Shown piece after piece: positions 40,547 through 52,915 of a DNA stretch of 64,000 nucleotides; position 1 is the stretch's first letter, and every line of letters starts with the position of its first letter. Under the pieces are notes generated by a model. It worked only from the letters and a program-made list of their open reading frames with translations, had not been told where the DNA came from and ran no database searches. Origin of the DNA: Squalus acanthias (taxonomy: Eukaryota); assembly GCA_030390025.1 (NCBI GenBank), contig CM059433.1, positions 27,158,001 through 27,222,000 of the forward strand. The letters are read 5' to 3'. The position numbers and the translations under genes were made by a program.

Positions 40547-41160
40547 AGGGGTCCCTGGGAAAAGATACAAATAGACTTTACGGGACCCCTACCAATCTCA
40601 AGGGGAAGGGTATACTGCTTAGTGATAATAGATCCATTCACAAGATGGGTGGAAGCTTTTCCCACACGAAACTGCACAGCTACCACAGTGGCCCGGATAA
40701 TGGCAGAAGAAATAATACTGAGGTGGGGGGTTCCTATTCAAATCGACTCTGACCAAGGAACCCATTTCACGGGAACGGTAGTAAAGAATATCTGCGCATG
40801 GATGGGAAGAAAACAAAAATTCCACATTCCCTACCGTCCTCAGAGCTCTGGGATGGTGGAACGAATGAACCGAACCCTAAAAACCGCATTAGCAAAGGCT
40901 CTGAGTGAAATTCACCAATTTTGGGTAGATGCTCTGCCCGCAGTCCTGATGAAATTGCGAGCTATCCCTAATCGAACGACAGGCTTATCTCCCTATGAAT
41001 TAATGACAGGGCGAGCAATGCAACTCCCTTATGGAATTATCACGGGAGGAGAGGAACTAGGACTCTTACAGGATAGGATCCGCCGATATGTCCTTGAATT
41101 AAGCAAGCAGTTAAAAGAAATGAGACAGCAGGTTAGAGAAAGACAGGAAGTAAAGGATAA
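40547..41160 (+). pseudogene. Retroviral integrase catalytic core fragment (no HHCC domain, no RT upstream)
   Basis: GPWEKIQIDFTGPLP...IDSDQGTHF...PQSSGMVERMNRTLK; D,D35E intact. Confidence 0.92.
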
Positions 41161-41190
41161 AAATCCAAATGGTTGTGATTGGAGAACCAA

Positions 41191-41220
41191 ACTAACAATT
41201 GTATTATTACACCCTCACAG
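41191..41220 (+). promoter_or_regulatory. Putative env splice acceptor
   Basis: ACTAAC branch point then accctcacAG, 78 nt before the env ATG. Confidence 0.55.
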
Positions 41221-41298
41221 GAAGAACAGAATCTACAAGCAACAAATAGTTAGGTTGGCGATATAGCCTTTGGGACGTTGTTAATTTAGAGTAATAAG

Positions 41299-42876
41299 AT
41301 GAAATTGCTTATGTGTATTAGTGTAATCGCAATATGCGCTACGGACATTGCCTCGTTGAAATACAAGTGCCTTCTTCGGAAACAAGATCCAATACGATTG
41401 TGTGGCCAAGACACGATTTACTGCCCAGCCCCTGATGAAAGAGATGGAGAGGAGTGGAAGCTGGAGCGAGAAACCGACACTACAGCCTGGCTTACCAAAG
41501 ATTCAAGAACTTATATAACTGGCAGGAGTAATTGGACTGTCCCATGCGGGGATACTCCTTGCCTAGTTGACTTACGGTGTCCCACAGCCCAGAAATATCA
41601 AAAAGAGAAATCAAACAGACGGTTGAAACGAGAATTAAATGTAAACACATTTCTGTATATGTCTTATACCTATGCAAAACGAAGTAATGTATCTAAATGT
41701 TGGGTATGTGCACACGCTCCTATACATGCACAGGAAGGGATCCCTTTAAGACCAGTATCATTTAATGAGTCAGAGATGGCAGCATGGTATTTAAATCAAA
41801 ACTCTTCCAGGAATGGTCTCAGGATGGGAGCTCAAACAACAGGAGGGACCTACCAGGTGGATGTGAGTGGGGATAAAAAGGAATGGCAAACGTCAGGTTA
41901 CAACCTGACCACCTTCCAGGGGTGGTATCAGCCCAAATACAATCGTACTCAACCACCCCCATCTTTGATATTAACAAATATCTCAGGGATAGGTAGACCC
42001 CAGGGAGCAATATGCATAATCAGAAACCTAAAGAAAGGAGAAAAGGGAACAGAGGTGGGATGGAGTCATTGCTCACAGTCCTGGAACTTAAATAAAGATG
42101 CTGACAGTTCCAGACTTCCGTTCACGAATCTCACCAACAGTGGCAGTAGTTTCATACAGAAATGGATCCCCGAAACAGTACAATCCCTCACTGCCTATAA
42201 CGGTACCTATTTCATATGCGGCCACAAGGCATATCTATGGTTGCCCCAGTCCTGGACAGGGTCATGTTACATGGGATATGTAATCCCTTATACCCGAATT
42301 ACTCAAACCCTAAATATACGCACAAAAAGAGCAATCACAGAAACCGAAAGGTTCTTCACTATTGCCTTCCCCTGGTATGGAGCGGGGAAGTTAGCAAGAG
42401 AATCTATTAACATAGCGGCGGTGTTAGAGCAAGTAGCCAATGACACAGCCGAAGCTTTGAGACATGTTAATGCGGAGATGGTCGCTTTAAGAACAGTAAC
42501 CCTTCTGAATAGGATGGCCCTCGATTACCTTCTGGCCAAAGAAGGAGGAACGTGCGCAATAATAGGGTCAGAATGTTGTACCTACATTCCAGACAACTCA
42601 GAAAATATAACTAATCTAGCTGAGCATATACAACAGGAGGTAAAGAAATTAAAGCAACCTCCAGCACTTACCCTCTGGAGCTGGGCAACTAGGTGGCTAG
42701 GGACGTTGGGAACATCAATAACACAAGGATTGATTTTGTTCTTCATTGTAATCTTGATTATGTATTCTATGATATTACTATTAAAATGCGTGTGTAAACA
42801 ATCAATTGTGGGGGTAGCAAAAGCAGCCCCCATGATGCTGCTATGGGAGGAGGAAGGAGATGGCACTTTTATGTAA
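41299..42876 (+). CDS. env: Intact gamma-type retroviral envelope glycoprotein, 525 aa
   Basis: Signal peptide, RRLKR and RTKR furin sites, CWVC, ISD LLNRMALDYLLAKEGG, CX6CC (CAIIGSECC), TM helix. Confidence 0.95.
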   Translation: MKLLMCISVIAICATDIASLKYKCLLRKQDPIRLCGQDTIYCPAPDERDGEEWKLERETDTTAWLTKDSRTYITGRSNWTVPCGDTPCLVDLRCPTAQKYQKEKSNRRLKRELNVNTFLYMSYTYAKRSNVSKCWVCAHAPIHAQEGIPLRPVSFNESEMAAWYLNQNSSRNGLRMGAQTTGGTYQVDVSGDKKEWQTSGYNLTTFQGWYQPKYNRTQPPPSLILTNISGIGRPQGAICIIRNLKKGEKGTEVGWSHCSQSWNLNKDADSSRLPFTNLTNSGSSFIQKWIPETVQSLTAYNGTYFICGHKAYLWLPQSWTGSCYMGYVIPYTRITQTLNIRTKRAITETERFFTIAFPWYGAGKLARESINIAAVLEQVANDTAEALRHVNAEMVALRTVTLLNRMALDYLLAKEGGTCAIIGSECCTYIPDNSENITNLAEHIQQEVKKLKQPPALTLWSWATRWLGTLGTSITQGLILFFIVILIMYSMILLLKCVCKQSIVGVAKAAPMMLLWEEEGDGTFM

Positions 42877-43049
42877 CAAAGAATTAAACACTGAACCCAT
42901 TCTATCCGAGGCAGAGGGAAACAAGGATGGGTCCTCAGGACAGGGCTCCTAAACCATCAATACAGGGTTATAACCCCGGGGATGGTAACAAAGGCAAGGT
43001 AATTGGTTCCCGGGATAAAAAGCTTGATCCGGGACCAAACAGGAGGGAC

Positions 43050-43592
43050 TGAAAGGGTTAATTTGGAATGGTCAAATTCAATTTCTACACAATTTGCAAT
43101 AAAGCCATGAGCAGTGAAGGTTTTGCAAATTGAGACAAGGAATAGATAAGCTTACAGCTGCCAGACAGATTTTTGAGGGAGGGTTCGGTGTTTAGTAAAC
43201 GGTATTGAAAGAGGCCTTTTACAGAGTTAGCTAGAGACCGTAGGCACGGTGCCAATCACAGATAACATACAGTAGTAAACCGTGGGATTAGACTATGCTC
43301 AAAAAGGTGTAACAAGATGTAACTGCTTTTTTGATTATTGCCAAATAAATATAGATAAAGGCAAAATATAATCAGGTGATTAATGTAATACCATATAATT
43401 GGACGAAAATCGATGTATGATGGCATGTAGCCAGAAATATTGAATATAAGCTGTACTGAACAAAGGTTAAACGAGAAGGATGTTACAAAGGTCACGGGAC
43501 CTTTTTGACTCCGGCTCCCAAAGTACTTTGTCAATAAACTGTGTGTTTTTGAACTTTATCTAGGCTCTGAGAATCTTATTTTCTCCCCAACA
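43050..43592 (+). repeat. 3' LTR
   Basis: TGAAAGGG...CCCCAACA; about 2 substitutions versus the 5' LTR by eye. Confidence 0.95.
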
Positions 43593-44544
43593 ATTTGGCG
43601 CTGCGAGCAGGGTGCTGCGAGGTTGACAGACCGTTTGTACCAGTGAACTCGGACGACCATTAAAAATGAGTTCTCAGGTGACTGATGAGCCCAATGCGAG
43701 ACCTACAGTCTCTGACACAGGTGGGGCAGACGGTGGTTGAAAGGGCGGGTGGGTGGGGTACTTGGGTTGACGTGCGCTCCTTGCGCTTGGCTTCCGCTTG
43801 CTCCCGGCGAAGAGACTCGAGGTATTCGGCGCCTTCCCGGATGCTTCTCCTCCACTTTGTGCGGTCTTGGGCCAGGGATGCCCAGGTGTTGGTGGGGATG
43901 TTGCACTTTTTCAAGGAGGCTTTGAGGGTGTCCTTGAAGCGTTTCCTCTGCCCACCTGGGGCTCTCTTGCCGTGTCGGAACTCCGAGTAGAGCACTTGTT
44001 TTGGGAGTCTCGTATCGGGCATGCGGACGATGTGACCCGTCCATCGGAGCTGATCGAGCGTGGTCAAAGCTTCGATGCTGGGGATGTTGGCCTGAGCGAG
44101 AACACTGATGTTGGTGCGCCTATCCTGCCAATGGATCCCTGATTATCAAAATCCACGACAAGGCCTTGGACAACGTGGACCACTTTCCATACCTCGGGAG
44201 CCTACTGTCAACAAGGGCAGACGTCGATGACGAAGTCCTACATCGCCTTCAGTGTGCTAGTGCAGCCTTCGGTCGCCTGAGGAAGAGAGTGTTTGAAGAC
44301 CAGGACCTCAAACCTGGCACCAAGCTCATGGTCTACACAGCAGTAGTAATACCCGCCCTCCTGTATGCCTCAGAGACATGGACCATGTACAGCAGGCACC
44401 TCAAAGCACTGGAGTGTAAGACCCATGCTCTCGTACGCTTCGGTGAAGGTGTTAATGATGGTTTGGAGTTCGACCTCCGAGTGTGCGCAGACGCAAGCAG
44501 ATGCACTTGTATGTATAACATTAGTGAATACACTTCCAAAATAA

Positions 44545-45273
44545 ATGCCCGGATTTTGCAGGGCCGATGATGGCATACGTCGTCGTAAGCCTTGTAAAAG
44601 GCCCCACAAGTTCCGGGTTTCCGCATGCGCTGCGCATGTGCGAAAACGAAAACTTGACAGATCATACAAACCAACCCAAAAATCACTTTCGCAAGTGCAG
44701 TTGGGCTATTTGCCCAACTACTGCCCAGCAAATGCCCACGAAACCCTTATGCCTGGTAAAAGCAGCCACAGCGCTTTCACCAGCGTAAGGGTTAATATAA
44801 ATGTTAAAATAAAAAATCTTCCACAAACATTTAAAATTAGTTTATGTAAATTTTGGCCCGGATTAAAATGTTTAAAATTATTTTTCAAAAAATTAAATTT
44901 TTATTGTAAATGCTTCATTAAAGGGACTTTTAATTAAATTTTAAAATGGGAATGTTTATTTTTATTCCAGTTGTGTAAATTATTTAATTATTTGGGGATT
45001 CCTCATATGCTAATGGGGATTCCGTTCGTGAATCGAATCACCATAAGCATAGGAGGAATCCTCCCTTCTGATTGGAGAATCTGGCCCATGTGATCTCAGG
45101 GACGCTTCCGAACCGCCTGCATCCCTGGGATCCATGGGCCTTTACGGAGGTGTACGCCTGCAGGCCCAGGACCCGAAGTCTTTGAAGCCCGGGAGACAAC
45201 AGGTAGGTTTGGATTTTTTTTTCAGGTCGGAGGCTTACTCCGGAGGTATGCCTCCGACCGCAAATTCCGACCC
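44545..45273. mobile_element. MITE related to 6889-7652
   Basis: Imperfect TIR ccggattttgc / gcaaattccga; AT-rich core. Confidence 0.6.
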
Positions 45274-47139
45274 ATAATTTATTGGATGTAAAGTGCTTTG
45301 AGACATTCTGAAGACATGATAAGACCTTAAATAAATACAACTTCTTCCCTTCTTCTTTTATTATCCTGTGAGGACCTATATCAATATTTTGTAAGATCCT
45401 AATTTATATGGCAACGCATGAAATGAACCAGCCGGTGTCAAACTAATATCAATATTATCACCACTGAAAATACCTTACTTTCCATTTTACAAACAAAAGT
45501 TCCTTAATTTACACATAATATAGGCAATACTACTTGGCTGTTAGTAATTTAAAGCCCACCACCACCTTCTCAAGTGCAACTGGGGATGGGCAATAAATTT
45601 GGGATTTGCCAGCGATGCCCACATCCTGAGGATGAATATTTAAATCTGTAGATTTCAAAAAAACCCTGTAAAATGCTGAAAGCCTGTTTGACCCAGTGGT
45701 AAGGGCATGAAATGGTTAAACTTCGAGGCATAGGAAAGGTGCCAGTCATCAAAGTCTGCAGTTCTTGGAGAACACATTGATACTGGACAATGAAAGCTTT
45801 GACTCATGATTAACTCTGAAAAGGACATTGACATTGAACTGTGAGGCCTTGAATCATGATTGGTTTCGATGGGAAAAATTAACATCTGGACAATGCTCTG
45901 AGTTTAACTGAAACAATGGGGGTCACGATCGACTTCCTGACATGAATGGAAGATACACAAGCCCCGAGCAGACAATCAGCCAACCGCCAATCAACAGTAA
46001 TAAAAATCACATTGAATATGCATTACAGAAAGCGGGAGAGGAGATAAGGAGTTATCTTCGATTTCACAACTCTGTACACCTCCGGTGACAAGGTGAATTA
46101 CAGCTTGACGAGGTGTGAATGTCGGACAGTTCAGCAAACCGACAACCGAAACTGGTTGGGGGAGGCCCAGCATGGGGCCAGGTGACTAAAAGAACTATAA
46201 GAAGGAACCACACGACAGCTCTCTCTCTCTTTCGCTCGGAAGCTCTCTCTGGGACGCTCTCTCTCTCTGGGAAGCTAGCTCTGACTACAGCAACTGCCAG
46301 GTGTAAGAAGGAAGGGAAGACGGTCATCTCTAGCTCCCAGCCTGCAATCGACGTCGGCCACGACCAGCCGGACGGGTGATTGTAAGTATCAGTTGACTCT
46401 ACAAGGGGTTTGCGCTGTGTAGGCAACTGCAGTCAGATAAAGGAAGACGGGGACAGGTCATCTCCGATCCAAGCCTACAATCCACAACAGTAACAACCGG
46501 CTGTATGGGTGATTTTAAGTTTCAGCCAAATCTCAACAGGTTTTTGCCTGTGTTTTGTTGGTTTTAATAAACTAACAGTTTTGGGTTGAACCTAAACCTT
46601 TGTGTCGTCTACCATTTTGTTCCTGTAAAACCCAGAGTCAAAGAACCCTTGTAAGGACGAGGAAACCAAACACCTTACATATCCAATATTGGCGCTCAGT
46701 AGATAACAGACTGCTGATTCTCTACTGTGGCTTCTCGGCATCATCTCCTCTGCACTGGCAGCCATCCAGTATTCTTTTAAATCTTGCACCACAGGAAGTC
46801 ACACAATATACTGGTCCAAGGAGTACCAGAATAAACTACTGGCTAATTGAAGTCAGAAAGTGATATCTGTTGGAGAGATGTCCTGTTGATATAATATATG
46901 TAAGTTGTGTAATGTAATACTTATATGTGATTCATTATACCATAGTTGCATACATATTAGGAAAAGTTAAACCAGAGAGAGTTATCAGCCATGACAGGAT
47001 AGTATCTTTGGAATTGTGGAACTGGATAGTATTCTTGGAACAATGAACATCAACTGCATTTTCTTGAATCATAATTGAGACTGTCTTTAAGATGAAAAAT
47101 ATCTGAAAGTTTACCAGAACTAATAAAGAGAGAACAAAA

Positions 47140-47610
47140 TAATTTATATTTATATAGCACCTTTCACGACCTCAGGACGTCCCAAAGTACTTTAAAACCA
47201 ATGAAATACTTTTTGAAGTGTAGTCACTGTGGTAATGTAGGAAATTGCTGCAGCCAATTTGCACACAGCAAGGTCTGACAAACAGCGATGAGATAAATCA
47301 TAGAATGAAACAGCACAGAAGGTGGCGATTCAGCCCATCGTGCCTGTGACCAGATAATCTGTTTTAGTGATGTTGATTGAGGGATAAATAGTGGCCAGGA
47401 AACTGGGGCAAACTCCCCTGCTTTTCCTCAAAATAGTGCCATGGGATCTTTTACGTCAACTTGAGAGGGCAGACGGGGGGCTCGGTTTAGTGTCTCATCC
47501 AACAGTGCAGCACTCCCTCAGTACTGCATTGGCGTGTCAGCCTGGATTATGTACTTAATTCTCTGGAGTGGGTATTGAGCCAACAACCTTCTGACGCAAA
47601 GCCACAGCTG
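47140..47610 (-). mobile_element. Deu-domain SINE
   Basis: Reverse complement of the 22755-23205 family. Confidence 0.75.
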
Positions 47611-48744
47611 ACATTTAATATCTCAAGATGCGCACAAAATTCACCAAAAATATAACTGGAAAATTCAATGATTCTCTACCAAGATGTGTTAAAAAATAGA
47701 ACTATGGAGATTTGAGATCTTTTCATCCATTTTTGAAAAATCTAAATGATTTCATACAAAGAAACAATCATAAAAAATTTCAGGGGATATTACTGAAAAT
47801 TTGGTCTACAAACCTGATTGTAAAAAAACATTTCAACGGACTCTTGTTTCAGTTCCAAATTTATTTTTAGTAGCAAAATAAAAGCAAATGTTCAATAATT
47901 TAACAATCATAAATGCTATATTCAATAACTATATTGACTAGTTTATTATAAAATAAATTATATTAGAATTTGTGCTTGTAACATTTAAAATGGAAAATTG
48001 TGGGGAATGGGCTGGCATAGTGGGTTAGAATACTATCCCTTCCTTTCACTTCACATACAGCCCAGATTATCAATGAAAGTCTCTCTGAAATCTAGAAAAG
48101 GTCATGTATGAAATGAGTTTGGGAAGCGTCTCAACAGGCACAAGTCCACAGCTCATAGCTGTTCATAATTTTCACAATTGACAGACTCATCAGAGAGGTC
48201 ACAAAGGCAGCTGCTATGGTATGGACAAGTGTTCTGAGGTTAGGTTAAATAGCAATACTGAAATATGATCTAGGAATGCTTGATACTGAAATTAGCTTTC
48301 AAAACTGAAAATAAAGTTCCATTTCCCAGTACTAATATCCCTTGATGAGCACAAAAGTTGCCAAAAGTATAACTGGAAAATTCTATGATTCTCTGCCTTC
48401 ACCAAACGCACAACTACAGTATTGGAGTAAAGTCTATTTCCTTGAGGAACAATAAAGGAGTGATCCTCCCGGACCCACAATGAAAGTTGAGACCTCGCCC
48501 TCCCCCGTCCCCCAACTCCCCACCCCACCCGCCCGATTCCCTGTCCAGGTGAAATCGAGGCTTTAAGATATCAGCATTTAAAATATCAGAGGCAAAGTCA
48601 TTACAGCTCTATGTACATACTAAAGTATACAGTATTAAACAACCAGCTATAAAATACAGACTTTTTCTAACGCAAAGCTATAGCCACAGTTAGAAACCAA
48701 GGTTGATCCCTGGAATCAGGCAACTTGATAAGTTAGGACTTTTC

Positions 48745-49432
48745 GGGGAAAAAATTGTGTGGCGCCCATTTTGGGGCACTAATGTCGCGGGGTTTAGCGC
48801 CCCGAAAATGATAGCGCCCCTCCGCCATAAATTCAGTAGTAGCACCCCAAGCAGGAGGTGGGGCGCTACTAGAAAGCACTCCACCTCCTGCTCGGGGCGC
48901 TACTACTGAATTTCACGGCGCTACGAGCAGCAGCAGCGTCGCGTCATTGCATGCCTCTTCCCCCGATTAAAGGGGAGGGGCCTAGCGCTGCGTGCTCCGG
49001 GGCCCTGCTAGACCACCGGGGAGCGGGGTGCTATGAAAACTGAGCAATTGCGGCCGGCACCCCGTATAAAAAAGTGAAAGGGGGCAGGTGCTGGCAGTCA
49101 GCCAAAATAAAAATGGCCGCCTGACACCTGCCCTTTAAGTAGCACCGCCGCCGCTGTAAAAACGCCCCCTGATCCTGTCGGACATATCGTCCGGTGATAG
49201 GTCAGGGGGTGCAAGGGAAGTTTGCGGCTGGGGCGCAAACAGGGCACTGCGCATGGTGATGACGTCATCGCCGGCAGCGCAGCGGCACTACCGGCTACCG
49301 CCGCCGCTAACCTCCTGCTGAATTTTGTGGGAGGTGTTAGCGGCACTGCGCCCGGGCACTAGGGGATTTGCGCCCCATTAGCGCCCCCCGGGGGAGCTAA
49401 CGAGAGGCGCAAGCCAGACCAATTTTTCCCCC
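48745..49432 (+). mobile_element. Harbinger-type MITE (second subfamily) inserted in an old CR1 fragment
   Basis: TIR ggggaaaaaattg / caatttttccccc; TSD TTC. Confidence 0.85.
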
Positions 49433-50379
49433 TTCAACTTTGGAAAGAGACATCTCAGAGGGAATAGAGAAATAAACTTGAAATGGTACTTTCAGATACA
49501 CAAGAGATCCGAGGTGGTGCAGGGAATCTTAGAACAGACGTCAGGAAATATTTTTGAACAGAGGGTGATGAATGGCTGGCACAGGTTAACAGGAGAGTAG
49601 TTGAAGCCAGGAGGCTTGCCACATGTGTTGTAGGGTCTTCTTCTTCCATGTGAGCTTACAGCAAGTTTCTCAAGCTTGCCAGAAGTTTTGATAGGTTAAA
49701 GCACTATCTAATGTGATACTGAGACATACATATGCTGGGTCAACTTACAGCTAATTGATGTAACAACCAAGCAGAATACCCTATATGGAACAGGATCCAA
49801 CTTGACTGAATTTTATATGGGTGCTGAGCACAAGTAGTACTGTTCAAGTACTGAGACTGCATTTTGGGGCAAGTACCTCATTAACATTTTTTAGAGGCCT
49901 TAATGGGCCTAGCACACATCTGGTGCTGTGACACTCAGCACCTGAAGTGCTTCCCACCACGTTATACCATTCTATGCGTAACAGATGCACAGCATGCATT
50001 AGTGCTCAATAGTTAAGGTCACCTGCACCCGATATGCATGAGCTCTATCAGCACCTAGCATCACATTATCAGCCACTAAAGGAACATCTGCGCTCATTTC
50101 CTTGACTTTGGGTCAACAAGATTTTTTTTTCTGTTCCAAGCCCTTGAAGGCTTTCCTCATCATTATTAAGTTCAATGAAAGAAATTTACTAAACAACCAA
50201 GTCTGCCCAACAGCCAAGCGGAACCAATCTGATGCTGGACATCATTTCTTACAATCTAATTGAGACACCAGTTCTCCCCTGTAACTTAAGCAATTCTTGA
50301 AGCAGATCTAAGGAACTGAAATTAAGAATTACGATTCTCCAAGTACTCAAATTAATTGCCATCTACACCAGATCTTAAG

Positions 50380-52210
50380 CAACAACAACAACAACTTGTA
50401 TTTATATAGCGCCTTTAACGTAGTAAAATGTCCCAAGGCGTTTCACAGGAGTATTATAAGACGTAAAATTTGACACCGAGCCACATAAGAAGAAATTAGG
50501 GCAGGTGACCAAAAGCTTGGTCAAAGAGGTAGGTTTTAAGGAGCGTCTTAAAGGAGGAAAGAGAGGTAGTGAGGCGGAGAGGTTTAGGCAGGGAATTCCA
50601 GAGCTTAGGGCCTAGGTAACAGAAGGCACGGCCACCAATGGTTGAGCGATTATAATCAGGGATGCTCAAGGAGACAGAATTAGAGGAGCGCAGATATCTC
50701 GGGGGGTTGTGGGGCTGAAGGAGATTACAGAGAAAGGGAGGGGCGAGGCCATGGAGGAATTTGAAAACAAGGATGAGAATTTTGAAATCATAGGACTCGA
50801 TTTTCCAAGCCCCGAGGAGGCGGGCATGGAGGCGGGACAGCCGGTAAACTCGGAGAAATTGGGGGCGGATGGCAAACCCGCCCCCATCCCGCCTCCGTGC
50901 CCATTTGCCAGGAGGCGGGAAGATGGGCAGCTTCGGGTCCCGTCTCCTGGAGGCGGGAAAGGCATTTAATCCTTTTAACTGCCTGTTAACAGGTAGTTAA
51001 CAGGCAGAAAAAAGGATTAGTGCCATTTTACCTTCACAGGTGAAGGCTTCCCGACCTCGGAGAACCCCGCCGGGTTGGAGGAGATGTGGAGGAGGTCTGC
51101 GGTGGTCGGAGGCACCTGGAAGTAAGATGTAGAGGTGAGTGATGGGTGCAAGTGTGGAGTGGTAAGTATGCAAGGTGAGCGATAAGTTTAAAAAAGTGTT
51201 CACTTACCTTGTTTCCCTTCCATAGCCTTTAGCCGCAGAGGATCGAGAGAGCCGACATCCTGCTTGTCAATTTCAGGTAATGGCTGATGGACCCTCCGAT
51301 CCATCAGACATCTGAAATTTACAAATTTGCAATGTTTGATGAGTCCTCACCTCAAAGACTCATCAAACTAAAGAGAATGTCAGTGTTTGACAGCTTCACA
51401 GAGCTGTCAAACGCTGTCATTTCTTCTTTCAAGAAGTCTTGACAGATAGCACGTCTGACGTTGACGTGATCTGTCAGTGACTTCTTCCCTAATTGGCCTG
51501 CTGAGCCCGCAGGGTGGGCTTAACAAGCTCAATCAGGCGAAAATCCCTCTGAATGGTCAGGCGAGGATGGAGGCGGGACATTGACACAACAGTCAGCAGT
51601 CCTGCCTCCAACTTGCCTCCATTCACAAAATCCAGCCCGAGGTGTTGCTTAATCGGGAGCCAATGTAGGTCAGCGAGCACAAGGGTGATGAGTGAATGGG
51701 ACTTGGTGCGAGTTAGGACACGGGCAGCCGAGTTTTGGATCACCTCAAGTTTACTTAGGGTAGAATGTGGTAGGCCAGCCAGGAGTGAGAAGTGCGTTGC
51801 AATAGTCAAGTCTAGAGGTAACAAAGGCATGGATGAGGGTTTCAGCGGCAGATGAGTTGAGGCAGGGGTGGAGACGGGCGATGTTACGGAGGTGGAAATA
51901 GGTGGTCTTAGTTATAGTGCAGATATGTGGTTGGAAGTTCATTTCAGGGTCTAATATGACACCAAGGTTGCAAACTGTGTGGTTCAGCCTTAGACAGATG
52001 TTAGGGAGAGGGATGGAGTCAGTGGTTAGGGAACAGAGTTTGTGGTGGGGACCGAAAACAATGGCTTCGGTCTTCCCAATATTTAATTGGAGAAAATTTC
52101 TGCTCATCCAGAACTGGATGTTAGACAAGCAGTCTGACAATTTAGAGACCGTGGAGAGGTCGAGAGAAGTGGCAGTGAAGTAGAGCTGGGTGTTGTCAGC
52201 GTACATGTGG
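50380..52210 (-). mobile_element. L2 LINE 3' portion interrupted by an ~850-bp MITE-like insertion (~50790-51636)
   Basis: YADNTQLY, LNIGKTE, HAFVTSRLDYCNALL; (ttg)n tail. Confidence 0.9.
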
Positions 52211-52449
52211 AAGGACAGGAGTAACTTCAGGCATGGAATTAAGAGATCAGAAAAGTGCTACTAACATTTGATACTAAATTCATCCCAAGAATTGAATTAT
52301 TAAAGTGCTATTCATGCATAAGAACCAATAGGAAAGTAATGTTTTGTACCATAATAGACTTGCGACAATATGTAAGCTCATAGTCATGGCAAAATGCAGC
52401 ATGTACACACTGAATGACGAACACAAGCTGCTCTGTCTACTCAGTCTAA

Positions 52450-52915
52450 TTTTGACTCTCGTCCGTTGCCTTGAGGACCTCCTGGAACCCTGTGGGAATA
52501 GGACCTCTCTCCTGGAGTTGACCTCCTGGACCAACGCCTCCAGTGTTGCATCCGAGAATCTTGGAGCCCTTTCTCTGGCCTGTTGAGCCATTACTCACTC
52601 TTCTTTTTCTGACAGCAGCCTTTACAATCACTTCCACCACCTGTTGCAGGCAGAAGGCACCTCCCCTTTAAGAGGTGCAGACTGCCTTTAAGTTGTGCAG
52701 GTTAGCTTTAATTAGAGCTGGCCTCACACGAACTTGGGCCCGCTGCTCAGCGCTCAGCCACTCAACAGCACGTTCAGCGCTCGGCTGAACACTACAATCA
52801 CGCAATGTAGCAGGCAGCAGGAATTTTACGTGCTGCCTACAGTCCTCCGAATGAGTGCGGGTTCCTACTGCATCGCGATCCCTGCGCCCGTTTTCGTGGG
52901 CTACCAAATTTCTAG
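52450..52915 (-). mobile_element. Harbinger end fragment with Myb/SANT start
   Basis: MAQQARERAPRFSDATLEALVQEVNSRREVLFP. Confidence 0.7.

Larger units (their letters stand above)
35393..43592 (+). mobile_element. Endogenous retrovirus (RT-less, env-intact provirus)
   Basis: Two 543-bp TG...CA LTRs, PBS, polypurine tract aggaggga 43041-43048, integrase core, env. Confidence 0.93.
35178..44504 (-). mobile_element. RTE-clade LINE (5'-truncated, internal inversion ~44136-44412), split by the ERV
   Basis: QLRWTGHIVRMPDTRLPKQVLY...CPTC..HLRTH; (aag)n tail; TSD acttgtatgt 35168-35177 / 44505-44514. Confidence 0.88.

Noticed and set aside
45640..46760. Solo LTR
   Set aside because: LTR-like composition (CT tracts, AATAAA), but I could not fix TG..CA ends or a TSD
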